From an uncultured delta proteobacterium (GTDB taxonomy: Bacteria > Desulfobacterota > Desulfobaccia > Desulfobaccales > 0-14-0-80-60-11): a stretch of DNA of 64,000 bases. The first letter of the stretch is position 1, and every line of letters starts with the position of its first letter. The position numbers and the translations under genes were made by a program. Below are positions 1 to 9,319 of the stretch, one piece after another. The notes beneath the pieces were generated by a model that saw only the letters and a program-made list of their open reading frames with translations, had not been told where the DNA came from and searched no databases. The stretch covers positions 41,348 to 105,347 of the forward strand of contig CAVTZS010000008.1 of assembly GCA_963739295.1 (NCBI GenBank), in the 5' to 3' direction.

Positions 1-135
1 TTCCTCCTCCAGGAAATGCTCCGGGAGATAAACACCATCGGAGCCAAGGCGGGAGATTTGCTCATCTCCCAGGCCGTGCTGGAGATCAAAGGGGTGCTGG
101 AGCGCCTTCGGGAGCAAGTTCAGAATATCGAGTAA
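1..135 (+). CDS. YicC family protein, C-terminal fragment (5' end lies outside the window)
   Basis: The frame is open from base 1 to TAA at 133-135. The translation [44 protein letters not shown] looks like the conserved YicC C-terminus. The yicC-remA-gmk neighbourhood is typical. Confidence 0.75.
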   Translation, partial: FLLQEMLREINTIGAKAGDLLISQAVLEIKGVLERLREQVQNIE

Positions 136-155
136 CATCCACAGGGGGAACCATC

Positions 156-438
156 ATGGAAGGGCGCCTCATCAACATTGGCTTTGGCAACACGGTGATC
201 TCCAGTCGGGTGGTCGCGGTGGTGATGCCCAGTTCAGCTCCCAGTAAGCGTCTCAGGGAGGAGGCCAAAAATACGGCAGCGCCTCATTGATGCCACCCAC
301 GGTCGCAAGACCCGCTCCATCATTATTACCGACAGCAACCATGTGATTCTTTCGGCCGTGCATGCCGACACCTTGGCGCTGCGCCTCAGCGGCTACAATG
401 CCTCGCCCCGGCCGGAACTGATGGAGAAGGTCAGTTAA
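156..438 (+). pseudogene. remA: RemA/DUF370 family regulator, interrupted by a 1-nt frameshift
   Basis: ATG at 156 gives [39 protein letters not shown], then TGA at 288-290. The +1 frame continues [38 protein letters not shown]... to TAA at 436-438. Joined, they give a colinear RemA-length protein. The shift lies at or next to the A5 run at 267-271. Confidence 0.7.
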
Positions 439-1053
439 GTGTCAGGGGAGATCTTCGTGATCACCGCCCCCTCGGGGGCGGGAAAAACCACCCTGCTGAA
501 AGAATTGCTGGCCGCTGACCCCCGGCTGTGGTTCTCCATCTCCTATACCACCCGCCCGCCCCGCCTGGGAGAGATTCCCGGACAGGACTACTTCTTTGTC
601 TCCCCGGAAGAGTTTCAACGCCTTAGGAAACAGGGGGCCATGGTGGAATGGGTGAAGCAGTTCGGGTATTGGTACGGCACTTCCCGGGAATGGATCAAGG
701 AGACCCTGGCCGCCGGCGTTGATCTGATTTTCGACCTGGATTCCCGGGGAGCCCGGGCCCTTAAGCGCGAGTTTCCCCGGGGGACTTTTATCTTTATTCT
801 TCCTCCCAGCCTCAAGGCCCTGGAGGAGCGCCTGCGAGCCCGGGGAGACCTTAAACCCGGGGAATTAGCCCGGCGCCTTAAGCAAGGGCAGGCCGAGTTC
901 AAAGAAGTTCATCGGTATGACTTTATCGTCATCAATGACGAACTGCCCCGGGCCCTGGAGGAACTCCGGGCTATTGTCCACGCGGCCCGCTGCCGCACCT
1001 ACCGCGTCTGGCCCCAACTTGCCCCCCGTTTCCTCACCCGCCCCCCCGAGTAA
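439..1053 (+). CDS. gmk: guanylate kinase
   Basis: 204-aa ORF with a GTG start abutting the remA stop. P-loop APSGAGKTTL plus guanylate kinase motifs (SYTTRPPR, YGT). Confidence 0.95.
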   Translation: MSGEIFVITAPSGAGKTTLLKELLAADPRLWFSISYTTRPPRLGEIPGQDYFFVSPEEFQRLRKQGAMVEWVKQFGYWYGTSREWIKETLAAGVDLIFDLDSRGARALKREFPRGTFIFILPPSLKALEERLRARGDLKPGELARRLKQGQAEFKEVHRYDFIVINDELPRALEELRAIVHAARCRTYRVWPQLAPRFLTRPPE

Positions 1054-1138
1054 GTTCTCAGCTTTCGGTTTCCGCTTCCCGGTCTTAAAGCCTCAGCTAC
1101 TAATACCCAGCGGCATTCAAAGGATTATTTTTACTGGT

Positions 1139-1212
1139 GGGGCGGGCCTCCGTGCCCGCCATCTTGTTTGCCATAATTATGCTGACTTTGGGCAGGCACG
1201 GAGGCCTGCCCC
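1139..1212. repeat. long GC-rich hairpin (about 22-nt arms, about 29-nt loop)
   Basis: GGGGCGGGCCTCCGTGCCCGCC (1139-1160) is the near-perfect reverse complement of GGGCAGGCACGGAGGCCTGCCCC (1190-1212). There is one wobble and one mismatch. Confidence 0.7.
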
Positions 1213-1595
1213 ACCGAATGAAAGGCAAAGAGGATTGGATTATTAAATGCCAGTTGACTGCAAATTAGTATAAGAGAGCCAATCCGCCTCCAAAGCACGT
1301 CTAGGCGCGGGTTCATGACCTTTCTCGCGGTTTTTTCCAGCACCCTACCGGTAATTTTGATATTATTGAATCAGCCAGGGGAAGAGGAAATTGGTGAATG
1401 ATGCCAGGGGGATGCATCCCTGGCAGCCAGCCCCCACCTCTCATGGCTTTCATTAGGTCAGGGGAGCCCCCAGGCCCCTGGCCTTCGCCCCACGCACTAG
1501 CAGGCAGAGATCCGAGAAGGGAGGCAGGCCCAGGCAGGCATGGTTTAGCAGGCTGGACCTCTTTAATCTCCCCAGGCCCAAGGTGGAACCCAGAG

Positions 1596-4070
1596 ATGTC
1601 AGACAAGACCGCGGCCCAAGTGGCAAAGGATTTGGAGCAGCAAGATTCCGGGGACCAGGAGCATCGCCAGGAGCTCTATCTGTTCAACAAGATAGCCACT
1701 ATTACCTCCCACACCCTGGATTTGCAGGAAATCATCAACGAGGCCCTGGCCACCGTCCTGGAGTTTCTCCAGATCGAAGCCGGGTTATTGCTCCTCTGGG
1801 ATCGGCTGCGGCAGCGCCTGACTTATGCCGCCTCCCGGGGCTTTCCCCCGGAATATCTGCAGGAAATCTCCAGCGGTAAACTGGAGAGCGTCATCGGGCC
1901 CAGCCTGGCTGGCGCCACCCAACCCCTGATCATTCGTGACATCCACCAGGACCCCCGCGTCTTTACTTCCACTTTCACGGAACTGATCCGGCAAGATCCA
2001 AGGTTCCGGTCAGTGGTTAGCATTCCTCTCAAATACCGGGAAGAGGTCACCGGCTTTCTCAATCTGGCCTCCGCCACCCCCGAGCCTTTTCCGTCTTCCC
2101 GACAATATTTCTTCGCCATTTTGGGAAACCAGATCGGCCTGGCCATCGAAAACGCCCGCCTCTATAACGAGCTTACCCGCTCGGAGCGGCGTTACCGGCG
2201 CATCTTTGAAGGTTCCAAGGACATGATCTTCGTCACCGACCGGGAAGGAAAGCTGCTGGACCTGAACCCGGCGGGAGTGGAACTTTTGGGGTTTTCTTCC
2301 AAGGCCGAAGCCCTGGGTTTACCCCATCTTCGGGAAATCTTCTTGAACCCTTCCAGTTGGGAGCGCTTCCAGATCCTGGTGGAAGTGGAGGGCTTTGTGA
2401 GAGACTTGGAATTGATCCTCAACCCCAGAGGAGGAAAGCAGGTGCCGGTCCTGCTCACCGGCATTGTGCGCCGGGACAAAGAGGGCCTCATCACCGGCTA
2501 TGAGGGTATCGTCAAGGACATTACCGAACACAAACGCAGCGAAGAGGAAATCCTGCGGGAGAAAAAGACCACCGAGGGAATTCTCGAGGGCATGCCGGTG
2601 CCCACCTTCGTCATCAATCGCGATCACCGCATCAGCTACTGGAACCGGGCCTGCGAAGAGTTGACCGGGTATTCCCGGCACGAAATGGTGGGGACCTACC
2701 GCTACTGGCTGCCGTTTTATGCCCATGAGCGGCCCAGCATGGCCTCCCTGGTGGTGGAGCAGAATATCAAAGCCCTGGAGAGATTCTTCGGGGACAAGAA
2801 TCTCAAACGCTCCCCTAACCTCCCCGGGGCTTACGAAGCTTACGAGTACTTGCCTGACTTCCCGGGCCGGGAGCGCTACCTGTACCATACTGCTTCCCCC
2901 ATCTTCGACGAGAAAGGCCAGATTCAGGGGGCGGTGCAGGCCATTTTGGATATGACCGAGCGGGAGCAACTGGCCCGGGAACTCAAAGACTCCGAAGAAA
3001 AGTTCCGCCGCCTGGTGGAGACCTCTTTAGACGGCATAGTCCTGCATAGTGACATGAGGTTGCTTTATGTAAACCGCGCCTGCCTGGAGATGCTGGGTTA
3101 CCAGGAGCCCTCGGAGATGTTGGGGCGGCACTTACTTAATTTCATCGATCCGCCTTACCATCACGCCGCCTCCCGGCGCCTGTCGCAAATCATGCAGGGA
3201 GCTTCCCGGCCCCGGATCTTCCAAATGAAAGGCCTCAAGAAGGACGGGAGCAAATTCGACCTGGAGGTGGTCTCCTTCCCCACCACCTATGAAGGCAAGC
3301 CCGCCATCCAGACCCATGTCCGGGATATCACCCTAAAGAAACACCTGGAGGAACATTTGGCGCGCACGGAGAAGCTGGCGGCCCTGGGGCAGCTGGCGGC
3401 CGGGGTGGCCCACGAAATTAATAATCCTCTGGGAGGGATCCTGGTTTACAGCTATCTGCTGCTGGAAGACCTGGAGGGAGGGCGGCCGGAGCGGGCCCAG
3501 GTGGAGAAGATCGTGCGGGAAGCCACCCGCTGCAAAGAGATAGTGCAAGGCTTGCTGGACTTCTCCCGGCATATGCCCTCCAAAATGGTGCCCCTGAATA
3601 TTAATGCCCTCCTGGAGGAGGTGTTCTCCCTGGTGGAGGACCATCTCCTCTTTCAAAACATCAATCTGGTGCGGAACTTACAACCCCGGCTTCCCGCGGT
3701 CCCGGGGGATAAAAACAAACTGGAGCAGGTTTTTATCAACCTGTTGATGAATAGCGGAGAAGCCATGAAGGGAGAGGGGCAGCTTACCGTGACCACCTCC
3801 GTGGAAAAGGAAGACCAGGTGCATATCCGCTTCCAAGATTCGGGCCCGGGTATCCCCAAGAACTATCTCAGCCGCCTTTTCGATCCCTTTTTCACCACCA
3901 AGGAGGTGGGCCAGGGCGTAGGGTTAGGGTTATCCATCAGTTACGGGATCATCCAGAAACATCTGGGACGGATTTATGTAGAGCAGACCGGGGCGGAAGG
4001 CACCACCTTTGTGATCGAACTCCCGTTCTACAAGGAAATCCAGGGAAGGAGAATCCCGGAAAAAACTTAA
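1596..4070 (+). CDS. multi-sensor histidine kinase (GAF + several PAS + HisKA + HATPase_c)
   Basis: Long ORF. GAF-like N-terminal region, repeated PAS-like blocks, H-box HEINNPL, and N/G boxes (NLLMNSGEA, DSGPGI, GLGLSISYGI). I prefer ATG 1596 (MSDKTAAQ...) over the ORF-track start at 1398, because the upstream stretch is Pro/Gly-rich and low-complexity. Confidence 0.9.
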   Translation: MSDKTAAQVAKDLEQQDSGDQEHRQELYLFNKIATITSHTLDLQEIINEALATVLEFLQIEAGLLLLWDRLRQRLTYAASRGFPPEYLQEISSGKLESVIGPSLAGATQPLIIRDIHQDPRVFTSTFTELIRQDPRFRSVVSIPLKYREEVTGFLNLASATPEPFPSSRQYFFAILGNQIGLAIENARLYNELTRSERRYRRIFEGSKDMIFVTDREGKLLDLNPAGVELLGFSSKAEALGLPHLREIFLNPSSWERFQILVEVEGFVRDLELILNPRGGKQVPVLLTGIVRRDKEGLITGYEGIVKDITEHKRSEEEILREKKTTEGILEGMPVPTFVINRDHRISYWNRACEELTGYSRHEMVGTYRYWLPFYAHERPSMASLVVEQNIKALERFFGDKNLKRSPNLPGAYEAYEYLPDFPGRERYLYHTASPIFDEKGQIQGAVQAILDMTEREQLARELKDSEEKFRRLVETSLDGIVLHSDMRLLYVNRACLEMLGYQEPSEMLGRHLLNFIDPPYHHAASRRLSQIMQGASRPRIFQMKGLKKDGSKFDLEVVSFPTTYEGKPAIQTHVRDITLKKHLEEHLARTEKLAALGQLAAGVAHEINNPLGGILVYSYLLLEDLEGGRPERAQVEKIVREATRCKEIVQGLLDFSRHMPSKMVPLNINALLEEVFSLVEDHLLFQNINLVRNLQPRLPAVPGDKNKLEQVFINLLMNSGEAMKGEGQLTVTTSVEKEDQVHIRFQDSGPGIPKNYLSRLFDPFFTTKEVGQGVGLGLSISYGIIQKHLGRIYVEQTGAEGTTFVIELPFYKEIQGRRIPEKT

Positions 4071-4285
4071 GGAAAAAAATCACAAATTTTTAGTTTCAGG
4101 GTCATTTGAAATCGAACCAAGATTTATCGGTTTTGGGAATAACCATTGAAAACCTTAACAAAACTTGGCAAGATTTTTTCTCCTCTGCCTTTACCAAAAA
4201 TAATTGACTATGGTCTGGGGGTATGATAGGAAGGCACATGTGAAAAGAATCATTTTCTCCTGGACCCAGGCCAGGAAGGAAGTCA

Positions 4286-4510
4286 TTGAAAGAAGATACC
4301 AAGAAGTTTTTGAAGGAGTTGTTTTCCGGGGGCTACCGGGCCAGTGCCATCGGCCTTTCCTTGGTTCTGGCCATCTTCATCGGCGCCTTTCTCGGCTACT
4401 TGCTGGACAACTATTTGGGCACCAGCTATTTTTTCAAGATCGTCGGCTTGCTCCTGGGGATTATCGCTGGCTTTTGGAACGTCTACGTCATGGGCCAGAA
4501 GCTGAAGTGA
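4286..4510 (+). CDS. AtpZ/AtpI family small membrane protein
   Basis: 74-aa ORF with a TTG start and two hydrophobic helices. It is the first gene of an F0 cluster. Confidence 0.65.
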   Translation: MKEDTKKFLKELFSGGYRASAIGLSLVLAIFIGAFLGYLLDNYLGTSYFFKIVGLLLGIIAGFWNVYVMGQKLK

Positions 4511-4517
4511 GGGGCGC

Positions 4518-4949
4518 ATGGATTTAATGTCCCCCCGCCACCTGAAGATCGCCAATTGGGTAGTGTTGACGGTACTGGTGCTGGTGGGTCTTCTCTGGCA
4601 GGGCCCAAAGTTCGCTCTCGGGGTGCTGCTCGGGGGCGTGGTGGTAAATGTTAATTTCCATTTGCTGCATCGCACTCTGAAAGGCATCTTCGATGAGGTG
4701 CAGAAACATCCCGAAGAGGCTAGAGGTAAAGCCCAGGCCTTTTTCGCCGCCAGGCAAATGTTACGCTTCTTGGCCTTGGTGGCCATCGTCTATCTCCTGG
4801 TGGGCCACGGCTGGGTCAATATCTTCGGGCTGGTGGTGGGGCTGTCCACCGTGGTCCTGACCCTGGTCCTGGCCGGGATCAACGAACTGTTCAAGCAAAG
4901 ACATAAGGAGGCAAACCGGGCTCATGGAACATCCCATTCTCTTTCTTGA
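4518..4949 (+). CDS. atpI: ATP synthase subunit I-like membrane protein
   Basis: 143-aa hydrophobic ORF immediately upstream of atpB and overlapping it. Confidence 0.6.
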   Translation: MDLMSPRHLKIANWVVLTVLVLVGLLWQGPKFALGVLLGGVVVNVNFHLLHRTLKGIFDEVQKHPEEARGKAQAFFAARQMLRFLALVAIVYLLVGHGWVNIFGLVVGLSTVVLTLVLAGINELFKQRHKEANRAHGTSHSLS

Positions 4950-5601
4950 TCTCATTATGGAGAAATTTCACCTCCATATTCCCCCACATGTGACCTATGC
5001 CTGGCTGATCATGCTCTTGTTGCTGGGGTTGGGGGTGCTGGCCAGCCGGCGGATTTCCCTGGTGCCCGCCGGCGCCCAGAACGTCATGGAGACGATCGTT
5101 GACGGCCTGGAGGAGTTCATGGTGGAGGTCACTGGGGAAGAAGGCCGCAGCTTTTTCCCTTATATCGGCACCTGTTTCCTCTTCATTATCACCTGCAACC
5201 TGATTGGCCTGATTCCCGGGTTCTACTCCCCCACCGCCAATATCAATACAACGTTGTCCTTGGCCCTGTGCACCTTTATATTTACCCATTACCTGGGGAT
5301 CAAGTATCATGGCTTCAAGTATATCAAGCATTTTTTAGGGCCCATTCCGGCCTTGGCCCCTCTGTTTCTCCCCATTGAGATCATCGGCCACACCGCCCGG
5401 GTGCTGTCCCTCACCCTGCGTCTCTTCGGCAATATCATGGGGGAAGACCTGGTCTTGATCATCCTCTTGTTCCTGGCCGGGAGGTTCCTGGCCCCCTTAC
5501 CCATGATGTTCCTGGCGGTCTTTACCTCCGCGGTGCAAGCCTTTATCTTCACCCTGCTCTCCATGATGTACTTTGCCGGCTCCATGGAGCACGCCCACTA
5601 A
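4924..5601 (+). CDS. atpB: F0F1 ATP synthase subunit a
   Basis: 225 aa and polytopic, with the conserved [14 protein letters not shown] stator-arginine motif. Confidence 0.95.
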   Translation: MEHPILFLDLIMEKFHLHIPPHVTYAWLIMLLLLGLGVLASRRISLVPAGAQNVMETIVDGLEEFMVEVTGEEGRSFFPYIGTCFLFIITCNLIGLIPGFYSPTANINTTLSLALCTFIFTHYLGIKYHGFKYIKHFLGPIPALAPLFLPIEIIGHTARVLSLTLRLFGNIMGEDLVLIILLFLAGRFLAPLPMMFLAVFTSAVQAFIFTLLSMMYFAGSMEHAH

Positions 5602-5651
5602 CTTTTGGAAGAAGGCCACTTCACATATCATCTGGAAGGAGGTTTTTTAAT

Positions 5652-6029
5652 ATGGCATTGAGAAAATCGCTGGTCTTGGGTTTGAGCATGTTGGTCGCCC
5701 TGCTCTGGGCTTCCCTGGCGCTGGCCGCGGAGCAGGCGCCGGCCGCCAACGGTCTAGGCAGCTTTTTCAGCTATGCGGTGATCGCCGCGGGTTTCGGCAT
5801 CGGCATCGCCGCCTTTGGCACCGGCATTGGCCAGGGCCTGGCCGTCAAGAGTTCGGTGGAAGGCATTGCTCGTAATCCCGAGGCCTCCGGTAAGATCACC
5901 GTAACCATGCTGATCGGCTTGGCCATGATCGAGTCCCTTTGTATTTACGCCCTGGTCGTGGCGTTGATCATCCTCTACGCCTATCCCATGACCAAACCCA
6001 TCGCGGCATTCCTGGGATTTAAGATCTAA
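5652..6029 (+). CDS. atpE: F0F1 ATP synthase subunit c with an N-terminal signal-like extension
   Basis: Core GIGQGLAV...ARNPEA...[23 protein letters not shown]. It is preceded by about 35 extra residues, [28 protein letters not shown]. Confidence 0.9.
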   Translation: MALRKSLVLGLSMLVALLWASLALAAEQAPAANGLGSFFSYAVIAAGFGIGIAAFGTGIGQGLAVKSSVEGIARNPEASGKITVTMLIGLAMIESLCIYALVVALIILYAYPMTKPIAAFLGFKI

Positions 6030-6039
6030 CTATCTTTTC

Positions 6040-6064
6040 GGGGGGGTAGCAATATCCCCCCTTT
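6040..6064 (+). terminator. putative intrinsic terminator after atpE
   Basis: G6-7 stem / TAGCAATAT loop / C6 stem followed by TTT. Confidence 0.45.
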
Positions 6065-6121
6065 AGCACTTATTTTTTGGTACATTGTCACGAATTAATT
6101 GACCTTCCCCGAGGCTAAGTT

Positions 6122-6769
6122 ATGCGTGGTGCAATGAAATTTTCCAAAATTCCCACTGCCACCATTACTCGCTTGTCCATATATTCCAGGTACCTGGAGT
6201 CCCTGTCTCAGGAAGGGGTGAAGATCATCGCCTCCGACAAGCTGGCCCAGAGATGCGGCATCAACCCGGCCCAGATTCGCAAGGATCTGGCTTACTTTGG
6301 TGAATTTGGCATCCGGGGCGTGGGCTATTTTGTCAAAGAGCTTCTCTTCGAAATCAAACGCATCCTGGGCCTTAACAAGACCTGGAATATGGCCCTGGTG
6401 GGCATCGGCAACCTGGGCTCAGCCCTGCTGGCGCATCAAAATTTTATTCGCCAGGGATATGAATTCGTGGCGGTCTTTGACGTTGATCCCGCCAAGGTGG
6501 GGCGCCGCCTGCCCAGCGGCCAGATCATCCACCACATGGATGAGCTGGAGGTGCTGGTCCGGGAAAAAGGGGTGGAGATCGGGGTGGTGGCCACGCCCGC
6601 GGCCAAGGCGCAAATGGCGGCCCTGCGCCTCATTGGCACCGGAGTCAAGGCCATTTTAAATTTTGCCCCCATCCAACTGCAGGTGCCGGAAGGCATGGTC
6701 ATCGAGAACGTGGATTTTACCGTCAAACTGGACAATTTAGCCTATAACCTCACCATGGCCGAGGGGTAA
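6122..6769 (+). CDS. rex: redox-sensing transcriptional repressor Rex
   Basis: 215 aa. N-terminal wHTH (IPTATITRLSIYSRYL), Rossmann motif GIGNLGSAL, and a typical Rex C-terminus. ATG 6134 is an alternative start. Confidence 0.9.
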   Translation: MRGAMKFSKIPTATITRLSIYSRYLESLSQEGVKIIASDKLAQRCGINPAQIRKDLAYFGEFGIRGVGYFVKELLFEIKRILGLNKTWNMALVGIGNLGSALLAHQNFIRQGYEFVAVFDVDPAKVGRRLPSGQIIHHMDELEVLVREKGVEIGVVATPAAKAQMAALRLIGTGVKAILNFAPIQLQVPEGMVIENVDFTVKLDNLAYNLTMAEG

Positions 6770-6793
6770 CGAAAAGTTTTCGGTTTTAAATTT

Positions 6794-6831
6794 AAGGGGC
6801 AGACCCGGGGGGCTGCCCCTTAAATATTTTT
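6794..6831 (+). terminator. putative intrinsic terminator after rex
   Basis: AAGGGGCAG-ACCCGGGGG-CTGCCCCTT followed by AAATATTTTT. Confidence 0.5.
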
Positions 6832-7004
6832 GGCTCACACTCAGGTGCCCCCCAACCTTGAGGGGGGGAAGGGGTGTTTTAGGATTAAAACTTGCTAAAA
6901 GAGGTCCCAAACGCCAATTTGGGGCAGGCGCAGCTAAAGCTGCCACGTAATCTCGGATCATCCCTGCTGCCAGTCTGCGTGGCCTTGGCCAGGGAGGATA
7001 TTTT

Positions 7005-7556
7005 TTGGCAAAACCTTTTACTTTTCTAATGTTAGTAATTTTGGCATGGGCTCCACCCGTTATTGCCAAGGAAGGGAACAGAGATCCATCCGCCCCCAAC
7101 GGTCCTCACATCCATCAAGCCCTGCCAGGCAAATCTGAAGAGTGTTTAAGCCTGGAAATTGGGCTGGATAAGGAGGTCTACCGGTCCGGCGAGCCAATCA
7201 GAGTCACACTTGCTCTCAAAAATATGTGTGACACCCCGCTGCTCATTAACCACAGACTCTCTTTGTGGCACGAGATTCGTTTACATATAAAAGATAGAAA
7301 AGGGCAAAGCCTGAGGTGGTTGCCTCCCCCTCCCCCCGCTCCTCTTACTAGCAATGATTTTTCTCCCCTTGTACCCCAGCAGCAACTTTCGTGGGAAATA
7401 AGTAATGTAAACCAAAAGCTTTATGATAAGCTAGTCCCAGGAATCTATATGATCGCCGCTACCTATCAAAACACTTCAGGTGAAGAATTGGGTATACACG
7501 CGTGGACGGGACAACTTGAATCAAATCTGGTGAGTTTTGAGGTGGTGGGCCAGTAA
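7005..7556 (+). CDS. hypothetical secreted protein
   Basis: 183-aa ORF with a TTG start and signal peptide MAKPFTFLMLVILAWAPPVIA|KE. No recognisable catalytic motif. GC is lower than the flanks by eye. Confidence 0.5.
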   Translation: MAKPFTFLMLVILAWAPPVIAKEGNRDPSAPNGPHIHQALPGKSEECLSLEIGLDKEVYRSGEPIRVTLALKNMCDTPLLINHRLSLWHEIRLHIKDRKGQSLRWLPPPPPAPLTSNDFSPLVPQQQLSWEISNVNQKLYDKLVPGIYMIAATYQNTSGEELGIHAWTGQLESNLVSFEVVGQ

Positions 7557-7734
7557 GAATGCTGCTCCCCCCAAAAGTGGATTAAGAGCCGGGGAAGAGA
7601 GTGGGGCAACGCTGTAAGGCTGCGCCTCGCACTTCCAGCATCGGGTAAGTTTATTTTTAAAAAAAAGAGACAAAAACTACTAACATTACCATCTCTGATC
7701 TAAGGGCGGCTTGCACAGCGCCGGGATGGAGGCA

Positions 7735-8970
7735 ATGATGAAGACTTTTCTCGGTCTCATTGTGGCGGCGGTATTGTTGACACCAATTGCCACCATTGCG
7801 GGGGATTATTCAAAGTTCGACTTTACCTATCGCTATAACGATGGCAGCGGCGACTATTACACCGGCTATGTCTATGCGCCTACAGCTTTTGAAACATACG
7901 GGGCAATTGTGGTAGGGACCAAATTAGAATATGAGCCGGAAGGGCTGGGATCTAAGGCTTTGAGTGGCTATTATGAGATAACCGCCATCACTGACGGTTT
8001 TGACTCTTCCTACGACAAAAAAGAATATATCACTTCTTATTATGACGGCAACATCTACAAGGCCAGTGAGGGGGTAAATACCGACGCCTCTACTACCGCT
8101 GGCGTGGTTTACGTGGCCGATCGCAGCGGGACGGATGAGTCCGGGTATGTGGTCACTCAATCCCAGATAAACACCAGTACACCTTATGAGACAAAGACTG
8201 GGCATGTCACGTCTGACAACAACTTTGCTTGGGATTATTCATATGATATCGGATTTTTTGCTGACTTCACTCCATATAAAAGTGCCGATCGTCCCAAGTT
8301 AGAGGTTGATATTGACATTCAACTCACAGGCGATGATCCTGGAACAACCATTAAAAATACCTGGGAAACTGGTATTGAAGGTACATGGAATAACAAGTAT
8401 CAAATACAATACGGCAGCGAAAAGTATTCCATCGAATTTAATGTCGATTGGGTCACCGCCAGTGCTGATCAAATCGTGACTGTTCATAATGCTACCGACA
8501 CATCCCCTTACCAAACCAACATGACCAACTGGTATACCGATCAACCGGGTGGTTGGCCCAACAGTTATGCCGGAACAGTGATGGCTCACGAGTTTGGGCA
8601 TATGCTCGGCCTTTATGACGAATACTCCGGAGGTGCTACTGACCCGGCTACCCATTTCACTACCACTAATGCCCTCATGGCTGACTTAGGGCCGGTACAA
8701 CAACGTTACTATAATAACTTTTTGAGCTGGTTAAAGACCAAAAGCGGGAAAGACAGTCTGAGCCTGGTGACTTATTCGGCTTCAGCCCCTGCCAGCCCGG
8801 AAGGCGGCGATCCTTATGCTACGGCATACTCCGACCCCCGCGACGATGCCCTCACCCCTTATATCGAAGCCGCGGCTCCCGCCACCGTGGGCAGCAGTGC
8901 GTTCGGCAGCCAGGCAGTCTGGACTGCCTACTGGAGCCAGACCCCCAACCTTATGGAGGAGGATAAGTAA
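7735..8970 (+). CDS. secreted zinc metalloprotease-like protein (HExxHxxGxxD motif)
   Basis: The ORF carries a signal peptide (MMKTFLGLIVAAVLLTPIATIAG), the motif HEFGHMLGLYDEY and a possible Met-turn NALMAD. GGAGG lies just upstream of ATG 7735/7738. The ORF-track start at 7711 is less likely. Confidence 0.65.
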   Translation: MMKTFLGLIVAAVLLTPIATIAGDYSKFDFTYRYNDGSGDYYTGYVYAPTAFETYGAIVVGTKLEYEPEGLGSKALSGYYEITAITDGFDSSYDKKEYITSYYDGNIYKASEGVNTDASTTAGVVYVADRSGTDESGYVVTQSQINTSTPYETKTGHVTSDNNFAWDYSYDIGFFADFTPYKSADRPKLEVDIDIQLTGDDPGTTIKNTWETGIEGTWNNKYQIQYGSEKYSIEFNVDWVTASADQIVTVHNATDTSPYQTNMTNWYTDQPGGWPNSYAGTVMAHEFGHMLGLYDEYSGGATDPATHFTTTNALMADLGPVQQRYYNNFLSWLKTKSGKDSLSLVTYSASAPASPEGGDPYATAYSDPRDDALTPYIEAAAPATVGSSAFGSQAVWTAYWSQTPNLMEEDK

Positions 8971-9206
8971 GAACGAAAAACCCATAGAAATCAAAGGCAG
9001 GGTCACTAGTGGCCTTGCTATTTTTTTGTCAAGAACAAAATCCAGCTTAGTAGGCTGAGCTCATTCGGGGTATACAGGTAATACCGAAGCGGCTACCCTG
9101 CAGGGCTTTAACATCTAACCCTAGGGAGTTCTGCTAGACTAGAAGCTTATCACGACGCCAAAAACTTCTCCTATCCGGATCATATCCTCACTTTTGGCTG
9201 AAACCG

Positions 9207-9238
9207 ATAAAGAAAAAAGGGACCGCGACCGGTCCCTT
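9207..9238 (-). terminator. intrinsic terminator downstream of the MucR-family gene
   Basis: On the minus strand: GGGACCG-GTCG-CGGTCCC followed by TTTTTTCTTT. Confidence 0.6.
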
Positions 9239-9319
9239 AGCTAAGATAAGAAAGGGGAGCCCGGACCTATGCAAAGTCCACCCCCCGGGACAGAACAAAG
9301 ACAATCTTACTCGGTGGCC

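Noticed and set aside
1398-1595. N-terminal 66 codons of the 890-aa ORF (MMPGGCIPGSQPPPL...)
   Set aside because: The stretch is Pro/Gly/Arg-rich and low-complexity, with no TM or domain character. The kinase-like sequence begins at ATG 1596, so I treat this region as 5' leader, not coding.
4204-4232. TTGACT ... TATGAT as the atp operon promoter
   Set aside because: The spacer between the two hexamers is only about 12 nt, which is too short for a sigma70-type promoter. I left it uncalled.
6070-6110. Rex operator upstream of rex, and in the atp leader at 4071-4285
   Set aside because: ATTGTCACGAATTAATTGAC is not a good match to the TTGTGAA-N4-TTCACAA palindrome. No better site was seen upstream of atpZ.
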